DNA of 64,000 nt from assembly GCF_006345805.1 (NCBI RefSeq), contig NC_042997.1:81220001-81284000 (forward strand), given 5' to 3'. Below the pieces are notes generated by a model. It had not been told where the DNA came from, made no database searches, and was given only the letters and a program-made list of their open reading frames with translations. Made by a program: the position numbers and the translations under genes. Shown here piece after piece: positions 11,500 through 24,790 of the stretch (position 1 is its first letter; each line of letters begins with the position of its first letter). This stretch comes from Octopus sinensis. Its lineage: Eukaryota.

Positions 11500-14410
11500 A
11501 CATTGGAATATCCTTATTTCTGCTACGCTGCTTAAATCTACATCATTCGATGATCAGAGTGCTTATGCTTACAATGCTGCTAACATCGGCTCCTACCTCC
11601 AGTAGGGGCAACAATCTTAATATGCTTGAATGTTTGAATGTTGTCAGGTCGGAAGAGAGAACAGATGAAGCATGCCTAAAAAACGAACACCACAACAATC
11701 CTCTTCTTTTCAGGTGCTGTATAGCATATCTCCTCCCAAAGCCCCACCCCACATTCCCTTCCCAGTTTTCAGAGTTGGTACTGTCAATGTTGGCACACTG
11801 AAAGGTAGGTCTGGTGAGATTGTAGAGATGCTTGAGAGAAGATGGGTTGATGTATGCTGCAGACAAGAAGTAAGATGGAGAGGAGCTTCAGCTAGGGTCC
11901 TCACAGGCAAGGCACATAGGTATAAAGTCTTCTGGCAAGGTAACATGGATGGCATAGGGGTGTAGGCATACTCCTTGCAGAGAAATTGGTGGATAAGGTC
12001 ATAGAGGTTGTTAGAGTATGTCATAGAGTGCTTAAGCTCAGGCTAGTCCTGCAGAATAGCACAGCTACTATTATCTCTGCCTACGCCCCCACATGCAGGG
12101 CTACCAAATGATCAGAAGGACCACTTTTATGATACCCTTCTACAGGCTACCTCAAAGATAAGTGGCATGACCTCATCTTTGTGGCTGGAGATTTTAATGG
12201 GCATGTTGGGCAGAAATCTGGTATCTTCACTGGTATACACAGGGGCCATGGTATTGGTTCCTGGAATGGCGAGGGAACTAGGCTACTGGAATTCTGTGAT
12301 GCATGTAACCTTTTAATCTGCAACACTTAGTTCAAGAAGCCAGAAAGCCACCTGATAATCTATCAATCAGGGGACTCTGCGAGCCAGATTGATTTCATCC
12401 TCACCAGACAGTGGGACGCAGGGTTGCTCTTAAATACAAAGACCCTCCCAGGTGAGGAATGCACCTCCCAGCATAGACTTGTTATTAGTGACTTTTGACT
12501 CCGACCAGCAGGATGCCTAGAAGCAGACTAATCCAGAAGAGAAGGATTTGGAAGCTAAAGAATCCTTCACATGGTTAGAGATTTAGGGACATCTTCATCA
12601 AGAAATTTGATGAGAGGAAGGAAGAACTACAGAACTCAGACATAGAAGGTAGCTGGAAATTCTTACAGGACAGCTTACTGAGTGCCATAGACCAAGTCTG
12701 CGGATGGTGCAAAGTCTCTACCAGACCTAGAGTAATGTGGTGGTGGAATAATATGGTTGACAAAGCCATCAGAGCAAAGAATCAGGCCTGGAAAGCCTGG
12801 AAGGGTGGGAGTAGCAGGGAACTGTACCAGATAGCCAAAGGGGAGGCTGGGTGACAGGTATACATAACCAAGGGCAAAGCAGAAAAGAAGAAGTTTGCCA
12901 ATGTCCAGCGACGTAAGGACCAAAGAACTGAAGTATTCCGGATTGCAAGACAGTGTGTGAGAGAAAATTATGATGTCACAGAAGAGAAATGTATCCGCAT
13001 GGATGATGGTGCACTTGCTTTTAATGATTTGGAAAAGAAAGTGGCTTGGGGGTGTCATCATGAAAGACTGTTGAACGTGGAGAATGAGTGGGAGGAGGAG
13101 AGCTTACCAAGTGTTGATCCAGTAGAGGGACCAGCTATCTGAATAGATAACACCCTGGTAGATAAAGCAATTAAGAATTAAAAAAAGCCTCTGGCCTATC
13201 AGGAATCACCACTGTGATGCTTAAAACATCTGGTGGTGTGGGCTATGGCCTAGTCACCCGTATTGTAAACTAGGTAGTTCATGATGGAGTCATACCCAAT
13301 GACTGGCGTAGCAGTACCATAGTCAACTGCTACAAAAGTAAAGGTGATGCTTTAGATAGAAATAACTACAGGTGTATCAAACTGCTGGATCAGGTGATGA
13401 AGGTCACAGAGAGAGTCATAGCCCTTCTCATTAAGGAGAGAGTCCACTTAGATAAGAAGCAGTTCAGTTTTATGTCAGGTAGAAGCACCACTGATGCTAT
13501 ATCCCTGGTACAGCAACTGCAGGAGAAATACCTAGCCAAAGATAAACCCCTATATTTGGCTTTTGTAGACTTGGAAAAAGCCTTTGACAGGGTTCCCCGA
13601 TCCCTTATCTGGTGGGCGACGTGGAAACTGGAGATTGACGTATTGTTAATAAGGGTTGTACAGGCCCTATACAGAGATGCCATCAGTAGAGTTAAGATTG
13701 GAAATGAGTATAGTGAAGAATTCCAGGTAGAAGTAGGAGTCCACCAAGAATCAGCCCTCAGCCCCCTCTTACTCATCAGGCAATAACAGTGACAATAACA
13801 GAGGAATTTAAGACAGGTTGCCCTTGGGAACTCCTCTATTCTGATGATCTGGCCCTCATAGCAGAATCACTACCAGAACTAGAGAAGAAATTTCAGGTGT
13901 GGAAGCGAGGTTTAGAATCAAAGGGCCTTAGAGTCAATGTTGCAAAGACCAAAGTTCTAGTAAGTAGGAAGGCAAACACATCACACACCCCTGCAGGTAG
14001 GTGGCCCTTCTCGATCTGTAGAAAAGGTATAGGTAGAGATGTTTGCATTGGTATGATCATGTACTGCTGATGGACGAGGAGAGCTGTGTAAAGAAGTGCC
14101 ACTCCCAAACAGTGGAAGGAATCTGGGGTAGAGGGAGACCCAGGAGGACATGGGATGAGGTGGTGAATCATGACCTTCAAACATTGAGCCTCACAGAGGC
14201 AATGACAAAAGACTGAGACCTTTGGAGGTATGCTGTGACTGAGAAGACCCAGCAAATAAAGTGAGTCCACTGCTGTAACCTACACCAGTGTTGCATAACC
14301 AGTCCACTCAAAAGTACCTTGGATTGTAGGGTGGCCTGTCATGCTTGAGGAGACTTACTGAGTCAAGTACATCATAAGCAATATCAAAATGAAATCAAAT
14401 GGAAATTTGT
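11500..14410 (+). mobile_element. RTE-clade LINE, near full length, decayed (APE endonuclease + RT), with internal deletion near 14035
   Basis: ORF pieces RVGTVNVGTLKGRSGEIVEML..DVCC.QEVRWRG (endonuclease), MSGRSTTDAI..QLQEKYLAK..LYLAFVDLEKAFDRVPR and PWELLYSDDLAL (RT). Several stops and frameshifts. Confidence 0.93.
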
Positions 14411-15059
14411 GAGGTATATGTGCATTGATGTGTGTGCATGTGTGTATATGTATGCATGTGTGTGTATGAGCATGTGTGTGCATGGGGTTGTGTTATGTGG
14501 GCATATATGTGTTACTGTGTGCATGTGTGTGTGTGTGCGTGTATGTGTGTGTGTATGTGCGTGTGTGTATGTGTGTGTTTGTGTGTGGATGTATGTGTAT
14601 GTGCTTGTACGTGTGTTGTGTGCATATGTATGGTGTGTGTGGGAGGTATATGTGCATTCATGTGTGCATGCGGGTGCATGTATTTTTTTGTGTGTGTGTA
14701 TATCTACGTATGTGTATGTATGTGTGTGTGTATATAGAAATGAAATAAAATATAAGAAAATAAGGTTGATAAATATAAAAAAACGGGGGAGAGGGTATGA
14801 GATGTAAAAAACTTTTTTACAAAAATTAGCAGAGGCAAGATAAAAAAGAAAACAATAAAAATTAAAGGGATAAAATAGAAATTAATACAATTATAAAAAA
14901 TAGCGCGATTAAAAAGTTAAACAATATGATGGAAAGAAAATGATAAAAAAAGATAAAAAATCGAGACGGGGTTAACATTGTAAAAAAGTAAATGGGTATA
15001 AGGGAGGATAATGTAGGATGAGCTAAAATTAAAATGAAATGTTGCTTTTTTTACGGAGT

Positions 15060-15700
15060 TTGTAGAGACAGTCATTAAGAGTCCAAAAGGGATTAGTGTT
15101 TGTAGACTGAAAATGTAACGCTGTTCCAGGTGGAGTCACGAGTGTGTGGATCCATGGTGTAGGGCGAGGCCAAAGACGGAGATATTAGAAGAGGCGTGAT
15201 TGGCCAAGTGGAAATGACAGGTGACGGGGGTGTTTGTGCATAGCTGAACGTCTCTTAGATGTTCGATGAACCGATCGGCCACCCGGCGGCCAGTTTGACC
15301 TACGTAGAGTTTATTACAGAGATTGCATCTAATGCAATTGATAAGGCTTGGAAAGGTACAGGAGAAGGAGTTAGTAATGTGGAGAGTGTACTGGTTGGAA
15401 CCAATGAGGGAGGTGGTGTTGATGATGGAAGGGCAGGTGTGGCAGTGACATCTAGTTCAAGGGAAGGTTTTGGGTGGGGCTGGGGGGAAGAGGAGAAGAT
15501 GCTACAGACCAGTAGATCATGTAGGTTTCAGGCGCATTTAAAGGAGGATAAGGGTGGGTTGGGGAAAATGGGGTGGGTGGTGAGGTCTAGCTGGAGACGA
15601 TGGAAGGCCCATATGATCCTCTGATGAAGGGATAATGTGGAGGGGTGGAAAAGAAGGGGAAATGGGGTGCAGTTAGGGGATTGGTGTTGGGAAGGAAAGA
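15060..15700 (-). mobile_element. Penelope-like GIY-YIG fragment, diverged relative of the 20.5-22.6 kb element
   Basis: Minus strand of 15130-15400 reads CIRCNLCNKLYVGQTGRRVADRFIEHLRDVQLCTNTPVTCHF. Confidence 0.85.
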
Positions 15701-16141
15701 GAGCGGAGGTACGATATATATATATGAGATATATATATATATATGCACGTACACTTGTGTGTATAAATGCACATGTATACACATATATATGTATATTTAT
15801 CTACCTGTGTATATGCACACACATACACACACATTCATACACAAAATACATATAATAGTATACCAGTATACCATAGTAGTTGTTGCAGCAGTAGTAAAAT
15901 TATTGTTGGTTTTAGCAATAAAATACCACAATACATCACTTCCACCACACTGGTTGTCATAGATCTAACACTAGTTAATCATATTAACTCTTCTACAAAT
16001 ATTGCAGTCATTTCAGTTAATACCATTCAGTGACAATCTTATATGTTAAAAAGAGTTACCTTGAAATTCTCGTTTAGGCTCACCATTACAAAATATCTCT
16101 AGTTGGCATTTTAGCTATATATTCCTTGCTCAATATTCATA

Positions 16142-16177
<36 letters not shown>

Positions 16178-16180
<3 letters not shown>

Positions 16181-16720
16181 GGTGATTGGGCTAAATTTGA
16201 CGATTTTCTTATGTGTCCTTTTTTCAGGAATTGTTTGATGAATTGGTGAATGGTCAATGACATTGAAGAGCATACAGATTAAAGATGCAGTTGAGAAAAA
16301 GCTACCTGACATGGAGGACTGGAAGCTATGTGAATTTTGGAAAAGAGCTACCTGTATCATGATGATTTATGTCAGGTATCAAAACGCCAACATATGAATC
16401 ATGCTCAGTGCTCTGTGGGCACTGTAAAGGCTGTAAGACATGACATGGACAGCTGCATCAGAGACTACAAAGCCATGGCCATCAGGAAGGGACACAGCAG
16501 ATGTTCTGTGTTTGCAGGCCAGAATTCATCCAACACATGATGAACAGGGCCTTAGGTTCAATTCAATCAGCTATAAGAAGCTGATGGATATTCTAGTTAA
16601 TTCCTGGCTGTAAAGAGTTGTTGCAGGATGTCCATATGTGTGGCAGCAGGATTCAGCTTCTTGCCATAACTCCAGAAAGAGCCAAAAGTGCTTGTCAACA
16701 TGGCCATTCTAATTTTTGAC
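16178..16720 (+). mobile_element. Tc1/mariner (maT-like) internally deleted relic
   Basis: Begins TA|CAGGGTG directly after (TA)n. GCPYVWQQDSASCHNSRKSQK at about 16626-16690 resembles maT-type PYVWQQDSAPCH. Confidence 0.6.
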
Positions 16721-17061
16721 TAAGTAACAATGTACTTGTACACAAACAAAACTAACATAATTCTACCACAGCTGACATCAATCCTTGGGAAGTAATTCTT
16801 CTGTCCTGTAAAAAGTTGTAATTTTTCAATTTCATTATGTATCCACCATAAAAAAAGGTTATACACTTTCAGTCCCATGTCAGAGGAGTCCTTGAAATTG
16901 TCAAGGGCATTAACCAGTGTGAAACCACCGTTAGCATTTTGACCAGTTATAAGTCATAATCAGTAATATACTGCTCAATAATAAAAAAATATCTATTTGT
17001 ATATCAGTCTGTCTACTTATCTATCAACCTATTTATCTCTGTGTGTATGTGTGTGTGTGCG

Positions 17062-17170
<109 letters not shown>

Positions 17171-17171
17171 C

Positions 17172-17203
<32 letters not shown>

Positions 17204-17204
17204 G

Positions 17205-17690
17205 CATATATGGGTACAGGACGTCACCAACAGTAAATAACACGAAGAATGAAAACAAACAAGTTAAATACGCTAACAAAAAGAGAAAAATTGGAAAAGT
17301 GGACAAGTAACACAAAAAAACAATGCTTCATCAATTGTCAGCTGTCTATCTACTCCTCGTTTCAAGCATTCAACGACAATATGAGTCTTTAAAGACAGTT
17401 GTTCCCATAACTTCCAAAATAAATTTTGGGTTTATGGAGGGTAAAAGTTGGGAACAAAAATAGGACAGTAGCAACATATAAGGAAACTGAATGAAAACAA
17501 ACATGGAGTGTCTCGTTAGACAAGAACGAGGGGAATGCTCGAAATGAGGAGTATATAGGCAGGTGACAACTAAGGAAGGGTCGTTCTTTGTGTTACTTGT
17601 TCTTTTATCCATTTCTTTTCTCTTGTTTGCATTTTTAACTGTTTGCATACTTCATGTTGTTTACAGTTGGTGACGTCCTATACCCATATA

Positions 17691-17697
<7 letters not shown>
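17205..17697. repeat. about 490-bp element with about 170-bp diverged inverted arms, embedded in (TA)n; partial minus-strand copy at 19330-19590
   Basis: atatgggtacaggacgtcacc ... ggtgacgtcctatacccatat. Confidence 0.8.
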
Positions 17698-17783
<86 letters not shown>

Positions 17784-17994
17784 GAGTAAATAATTTCTTT
17801 AATGGTTTTTAAAAAAAACCAACAATTATTTACTGGTAGCTTTCGGCATGTAAATATAACCATTAATGGTAGGAACTTCTATAAAGTTCAGTATATATAT
17901 ATATATTGTATATAAATAAAAGGGGCAGGCAACAGGTTGCTTAGCCATTTGTAGAAAATAGAAATAAACATTCTATGACTGCTATTTCTAATTT

Positions 17995-18026
<32 letters not shown>

Positions 18027-18544
18027 AGCTAGTAACCTGCCTCATTCTTGATTCCGAATTCCTTTTGCCAAGTCTGTCCGTAAACGAAGTGATCCCAAGA
18101 TAAGAAATCTTTGAACTTTAATTCATCCCGTATCTCTATCTATTATTTATTATTTATTATTTATTATTATTCTGATCCCCCTAGTCGCCACTCTGTTTAC
18201 TATTTCAGCCTCGCCTCGTTTTTGCATATTCTGTATAATTCATTAGTTATCGTTATAGATATTTAAGATCTATCTCCCTTACAGGGCTGATAGAATTGGC
18301 CGCCGATTCTTCGCGGCGCGCCCGCCCTACCCACCCCCACCACCAATACCGGATATCTCTATTTTGCTCCAACTATACCGGATGTCGTTTCTCCCACCAC
18401 CATTATAGGTGTCTACTCTTTGAACCCCCCCTTCAATACGCTATTTCACCATGCATTACCCCTCTCTTGACATCCTACGTTCTACTTGCCTAGAACCTGT
18501 CCTCTGAACCATCCCTCCCACTGGTGCTCCCCTATATTTCTGCT

Positions 18545-18795
18545 CCCCCCCCCATAAAAAGCACCATCCGAACGTGGCCGATGCCAGACCCCTCTGGCAC
18601 CTGTGCAGGTGGCACGTAAAAAACACCCACTACACTCGCGGAGTGGTTGGCGTTAGGAAGGGCATCCAGCTGTAGAAACACTGCCAGACTAGACTGGAGC
18701 CTGGGGCAGTCCCGAGCTCCCCAGACCCCGGTCGAAACCGTCCAACCCGTGCTAGCGCGGAAAACGGACGTTAAATGATGATGATGATGATGATA
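18545..18795 (+). mobile_element. (TGA)n-tailed retroposon 3' end, CpG-rich young copy; related copies at 1135-1450 -, 7700-7780 +, 28720-28790 +, 33150-33290 +
   Basis: ggcgttaggaagggcatccagctgtagaaac...ccaacccgtgctagc..gacgttaaatgatgatg. The same sequence forms the 3' UTR of the RTE copy at 34440-34980. Confidence 0.8.
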
Positions 18796-18804
18796 TAGAG
18801 AGAG

Positions 18805-18885
<81 letters not shown>

Positions 18886-19643
18886 GATGTGTGTAAATAT
18901 ATATATATATATATATATCCACACACACACACACATATATATATATTATTTATGTTATTATCTAATTGAATGCCATGCAGCCATTTCCAAGTTTATCTTA
19001 ACCTTTTTGATGCAACACTACTCTGTACTGTTTTTCTCCTCAATCCTTCTCTACTTCCCCTTTTCTCCCCTTCACCATTTTCTATCTCTCTCTCCCTCTC
19101 CCCTCTTTCTCTTTCTCTCTCTCTCTCTTATTGCTCACATGTGACCATCGACCATCTTTCTTTTCCCGCAAGACATCATAAGCACTGGACCTCTTCTACC
19201 TCTCTCTTCAATCTTTTCTCTTTTCAAAGAGAATATTTCTCCCAGCATTCATTATTTTTTCCACGTTCTGGTCAAGAAGACCCTCCATGTTTATTTTCGT
19301 TTGGTTTCCTTATATGTCTGCCCTGTCCTGTTTTTTTTCCCAACTTTGATCCTTCATAAATCCAAAATTTTATTTTGGAAGTTATGGGAGCAACTGTCTT
19401 CGAAGACTCATATTGTCATTGAATGCTCGAAATGAAGAGTAGATAGACAGCTGACAGCTGATGAAGGGTCGTTCTTTGTGTTACTTGCTTTGTTTCCCAT
19501 TTTTCTGTCTTGTTGTTTGCATACTTAACTCATTTGCTTTTGTAGTCCATGTTGTTTACAGCTGGTGATGTCCTGTACCCATATATGCATATACACACAC
19601 ACACACACACACAGACACACACACATATATATATATATACACA

Positions 19644-19693
<50 letters not shown>

Positions 19694-19699
19694 ATATAT

Positions 19700-19731
<32 letters not shown>

Positions 19732-19771
19732 AAACAAAGTATAATTTCAAGGTACTGCACGAGTGAAAATA

Positions 19772-20081
<310 letters not shown>

Positions 20082-20206
20082 TGTATGTATGTACGTATGT
20101 ATATGTATATATTATTTATATTATTTAATTGAACACCACACATCCATTTCCAAGTAAGTTTATATATATATTATATATATATATATATATAATATATAAT
20201 ATATAT

Positions 20207-20261
<55 letters not shown>

Positions 20262-20381
20262 GTACATATGTATATGTATATATTATTATATTATTTAATT
20301 CAACACCACACATCCATTTCCAAATAAGTTTATATATATATTTATATATATATATTATATATATATATATATAATATTATA

Positions 20382-20459
<78 letters not shown>

Positions 20460-20462
<3 letters not shown>

Positions 20463-22576
20463 CGGGAAGCTTATGAAAATAAACAAAAGACGAAGGCAGG
20501 TGGAAGACAAACGAACAATTGTATTAGTATGGCGCTCAGGAAATATAAATAAAACAAGTCTTTAACGTTTCGAGCCTACGCTCTTCAACAGAAAGATACA
20601 CAGAGAGAGAAAAACACAGAAAGAAGGAGAGAAAAAAAATGCGTGCAGTAGCTAACGAATCAACATGGCGATCTGATTTCGGCCAGAGGTCAAAGATCAA
20701 ACATGAGACGCGAGAGCGAAATAAGGGGAGATAATAGGGTTGATAACGGGTTGAGGGACCAGCTAAAAGTGCGTGGGAGGGGTCTGGATGTGTGTATGTA
20801 TAGGGTTGGTGTATGTATAGTATGTATAAGGGTGTGTGTGTGTGTGTGTGTGTATGAGAGAGTATTAGTGCGTAAGATTGGTCTGGACGTGCGTATGTAT
20901 GGGGTTGGTGTATGTATTAGTATGTATTAGTATGTATTAGTACGTATTGGTATGTATAGGTATGTGGTGTGTGTGTGAGAGAGTATAAGTGCGTATGCGG
21001 GGTCTGGACGTGTGTATGTATAGGGTTGGTGTAAGTATTAGTATGTACTAGTATGTATTAGTACGTATTAGTATGTATTAGTTGGTGTGTGTATTAGTAT
21101 GGCACATCATATGTGATGTGATGTGTAAAGTCATGTGGTGTAGTGAGGAGAAGAGGGGGAGGGGGAGAAGAGGGGGGAGAAGGGGAGGGGAAGAAGAGGG
21201 GGAGAAGGGGGAAGAGGAGAGGATGGGGGAGAAGGAAGGGGTGGAGGGGGATGAAGGAGGAAAGAGGGAGAGGGGGAGAGAGGAGTGAGGGAGCAGAGGG
21301 AAGGGGAAGAGGGAGGGAGAAGAGGGAAGAAGGGAAGGGGAGTAGGGGTGAAAGGATGAAGGACTGAAGAAGTAGGGGTCGGGGGGAGAAAGGATAGGTG
21401 AGGAGGGGGGAGAGGGGGGTTAGATGAGGAGGGGGGGAGAGTTGAGACCAAATGGCGTATAAGAGCGAAGAGAGAAGATTAATTCCTGTTCACGGCGCAA
21501 ACGGGAATCCGGATGGCCTCTGTGTAAGGACAAACCGAACACAGATAGGTGTTGCAAGGAGTGACCGGTGGAACGGAAATGGCGTGAGACCGGTGTGTCG
21601 TTCGCAAGGTGGATGTCACGAAGGTGTTCCGCGAACCGGTCAGCCAAGCGGCGTCCCGTTTGTCCGATGTACAAGGAATTGCAGAGAGAGCAAGAGATGC
21701 AATAGATAATATTGCTGGAGGTGCAGGTGAAGGAGTGGATGATGGGATAGGGTCGATGGTGGGTGCTAGTGAGGCGGGTGGTGTTGGAGAGGTAAGGGCA
21801 AGTGCGGCAACGTGGGCGGGAGCAGGGGAACGAGCCGGGTTGGGAGGTAGGGTCAGGGAAGGAGCTATGGACCAAAAGGTCTCGAAGGTTGTGGGCTCGT
21901 TTGAAGAGGGGGAGGGGTCGGTTAGGGAAGAGGTGTGAAGTGGACGGGTCGGACTGGAGATGACGGAAAGCTCGAAGAATGGTGCGTTGGAGACGTAGGG
22001 TCGTGGGGTGGTAAGTGAGGGGAAAAGGGAGGCGGGAGACTACAGGGCGGTTCGGGGAGAGAGAGCAGATACACGATCCACGGACCGTGCTCTGGCAAGG
22101 GCGGTGTGGATAGTGGTGAGGGGGTATCCACGTAGGGTGAAGTGGTGAGCCATACGTTGAGACTGAGTCTCAAAGTCATGGTCGTCACTACAGAGCCTAC
22201 GTAGACGGAGGAATTGGGAATAGGGGATGGAAAGCTTGGTGTGTTCTGGGTGGGAGGAAGAGAAGTTGAGGTATGAGTGTGAGTCTGTGTGTTTGTAGTG
22301 AATGGAGGTGGTAAGAGTGGAAGTGAAGAATGCTAACCGAAATGTCGAGGAAGGAGACAGAGGTGTTGGAGATAGTGGAAGTGAAGTGGAGGGCTGGATG
22401 GAAAGATTGGACGAAAGAGAGGAAGGAATCTAGATGTTCGCGGGAGAGTGAGGTGGCACCGATAATGTCGTCAATATAACGACCATATAGTTCAGGAGTG
22501 GGACCAGTGAAATTAGAGAATATTTGGGCCTCAACATAGCCAACGAACAGGTTCGCATAGTTGGGGCCCATTCGCG

Positions 22577-22577
<1 letters not shown>
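20460..22577 (-). mobile_element. Penelope-like element, 5'-truncated (RT C-terminus + GIY-YIG endonuclease + 3' region)
   Basis: TRMGPNYANLFVG..YGRYIDDI (RT) and CTSSNIIYCISCSLCNSLYIGQTGRRLADRFAEHLRDI (GIY-YIG). At least three frameshifts. CpG-rich, so relatively young. Confidence 0.93.
20559..20596 (-). ncRNA. minimal type-I hammerhead-ribozyme-like motif with atypical core (A6 to U) in the Penelope 3' region; degenerate copy 27695-27732 (+)
   Basis: UCUUU-CUGUUGA-A-GAGC(GUAG)GCUC-GAA-ACGU-U-AAAGA: 5-bp stem I, 4-bp stem II, palindromic ACGU stem III. Confidence 0.5.
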
Positions 22578-22644
<67 letters not shown>

Positions 22645-23218
22645 TGAGCTTCTTTCAGTTTTCTTCTACAATATTCACTCATAAGACTTGGGCCTGCTCA
22701 CATCTATTGCACATTACTCTAACACAAGGTCACATTCAGGAGCAAATATTTCAAGTAGTAGAGTTTTACATAATTTTATTAGTTACTAATTTATGGACTT
22801 AATCCTATTTCAGTCCATGCTATCATGTTCCCAACAATTAAAACAACATTCTGCGTGAATACTAAATATAAATCTTTTTCCAAGAAGAAAAATAGAAAGA
22901 AAGAAGGAGTGAAAGAAAGAAGAGGGATGAAAAGGAGAATTAAGTGATTAAGCATTAAACATTGGAAGGGTAAGACGTGAGATCAGATAAAATAAAAGAG
23001 AAGAAAAACCAGCAGGCAGGCTAAATTTATGTCCAACTTAGATTTATTTGTGTAATGGAGTTTCAGGTGTGTGTGGAAGGGGGTTTCAGCCTTGATCAAA
23101 TGTTTTCATGTGATTTCGCAATAGAAATAATTTACATTTAATTAAACTAATCTGGTTTAATCTTGATACACACTAACTTAACAGCAGATATATAAATGCA
23201 GCAACTTTCATTTATTAA

Positions 23219-23732
23219 TCTATAAATATAAAACTGTAGTTGTGTGAGTGTCTGTCCCCTTCGATTTAGATTCCTAACTACTCCCACATTTTGCGGTGCA
23301 GTTTAACCAAATTCGGGTGTCTTATATGTCGTGATTCATATCGAGCCCGTCTGAGTATTAGCGCGCGTCTACAATGAGTCTACGATTTTAAAAATGATTT
23401 ATCATAATTTTTTATTCCATTTTAATTCATAATTTTTCGTGTGTCGATGGCGGCAGAGTTGGCGTCCATGGTCACACCTGCACCTGTTTGCTTCTCCCCC
23501 TTCTTCCCTCCCTCGTGAAGCTGTGGGGAAGGGAGTGTAAGGAAATCAACGTCGTAAAGCGTTGTCAAGGAGACCAGCGTTCTTTTAGAACAATGACTTC
23601 ATGGCTTGAAGACACCAAAACAGAAATGGCTAAGAAAGCCCGAATTGGCATCTATAAGGGAAGTAACTCTCTAAAAATGCTTATATAGTTATTTCCCTTA
23701 CAAACCCGAGCAACGCCGGGCGATACTGCTAG
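23219..23732 (+). mobile_element. non-autonomous Helitron (514 bp)
   Basis: Inserted between A and T. Starts TCTATAAATATAAAAC. Subterminal hairpin CCCG-agcaacgc-CGGG (23705-23720). Ends CTAG (23729-23732). Confidence 0.85.
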
Positions 23733-24790
23733 TGTAACATAAACATTAAGTATTAATACTAAGGACTCTAAGGCGGAGAGCTGGCAGAATCGTTAACACA
23801 CCAGTGAAATGCTTAGCAACATTTCTTCTAGCTTTTTATGTTCTGAGTTCAAATTTTCCTAAGTTTGACTTTGTGTTTCATCTTTTTGGACTTGATAAAC
23901 AAGTACCACTTGTGCACAGGAGTTGATGTAATCAACAGCCCTTCCCCAAACTTTTCAGACTTTGTGCCTATAGTAGAAAGGATTATTTGGAACTCTTCAT
24001 AACAAAATAGTAACACTATTCCTGCATAATAATTAATAATCTACAATAATATCTATGAAGCAATACCTCATTTATTGATTTTTCCATTTTATTGATATTT
24101 TTTAATCAAATTATAAAATAAACATTTAATAGTTAATTGTGCCAAATAAATGTTAAACATTCATCTTGATTGCTTTTAAAGTTCAATTACTGCATTACAC
24201 ATTGATCATGTGCATATGTGTTTGTTTATTCATTCAGTTATTCAGTTAGCATATTGACTTGTTCAAGCATGTTGTATTCACAATCTTAATGCTGTTCTTT
24301 TGTTTTAAAAACTTTTGAATTAATTCATTCTTCCAATGAACCAGACTGAAAGAAAAGTAGAGCAGTCAATTGATAATATACACAAACATAAAACAACTTT
24401 ACAAACAAAATACAAGATCATAAATGAACAACACAAAGCTAGAAAGGTGATTAAAGATTTAACTTCAAAATTTTTCTTTGGGTCAATTAATTGTATCTAC
24501 AATTTTAATGGATGAAGGAAAATATCAGAATGGAATTAAAAGTGCCCACTACTTGCAATCTTCAAAGGTATGCAATAAATAAATGTTCAACTTTATTCCT
24601 CACAGAGAAAAGCGTTCGTCAACTTCAGTAACTGATCTCAAATATTATGACTAAATATGCCTATTAGGTGAGCTGTAATTTATGCTAAAACTTTATCTAT
24701 TTTTAAGATGCTTCAAGATAACAATAACAACAACTGCAAAGAAACATTTACTACAAGAAATGCATGGTATTATATATATAGAATCGTGGT

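Noticed and set aside
18284-18310. CTGATAGA followed by a small hairpin (hammerhead-like start)
   Set aside because: No GAAA after stem II and no stem I or III.
21082-21451. Arg/Gly/Glu-rich and Pro/Ser-rich ORFs resembling RGG or RS proteins
   Set aside because: Low-complexity purine tract in the Penelope 3' region, unrelated to tra2.
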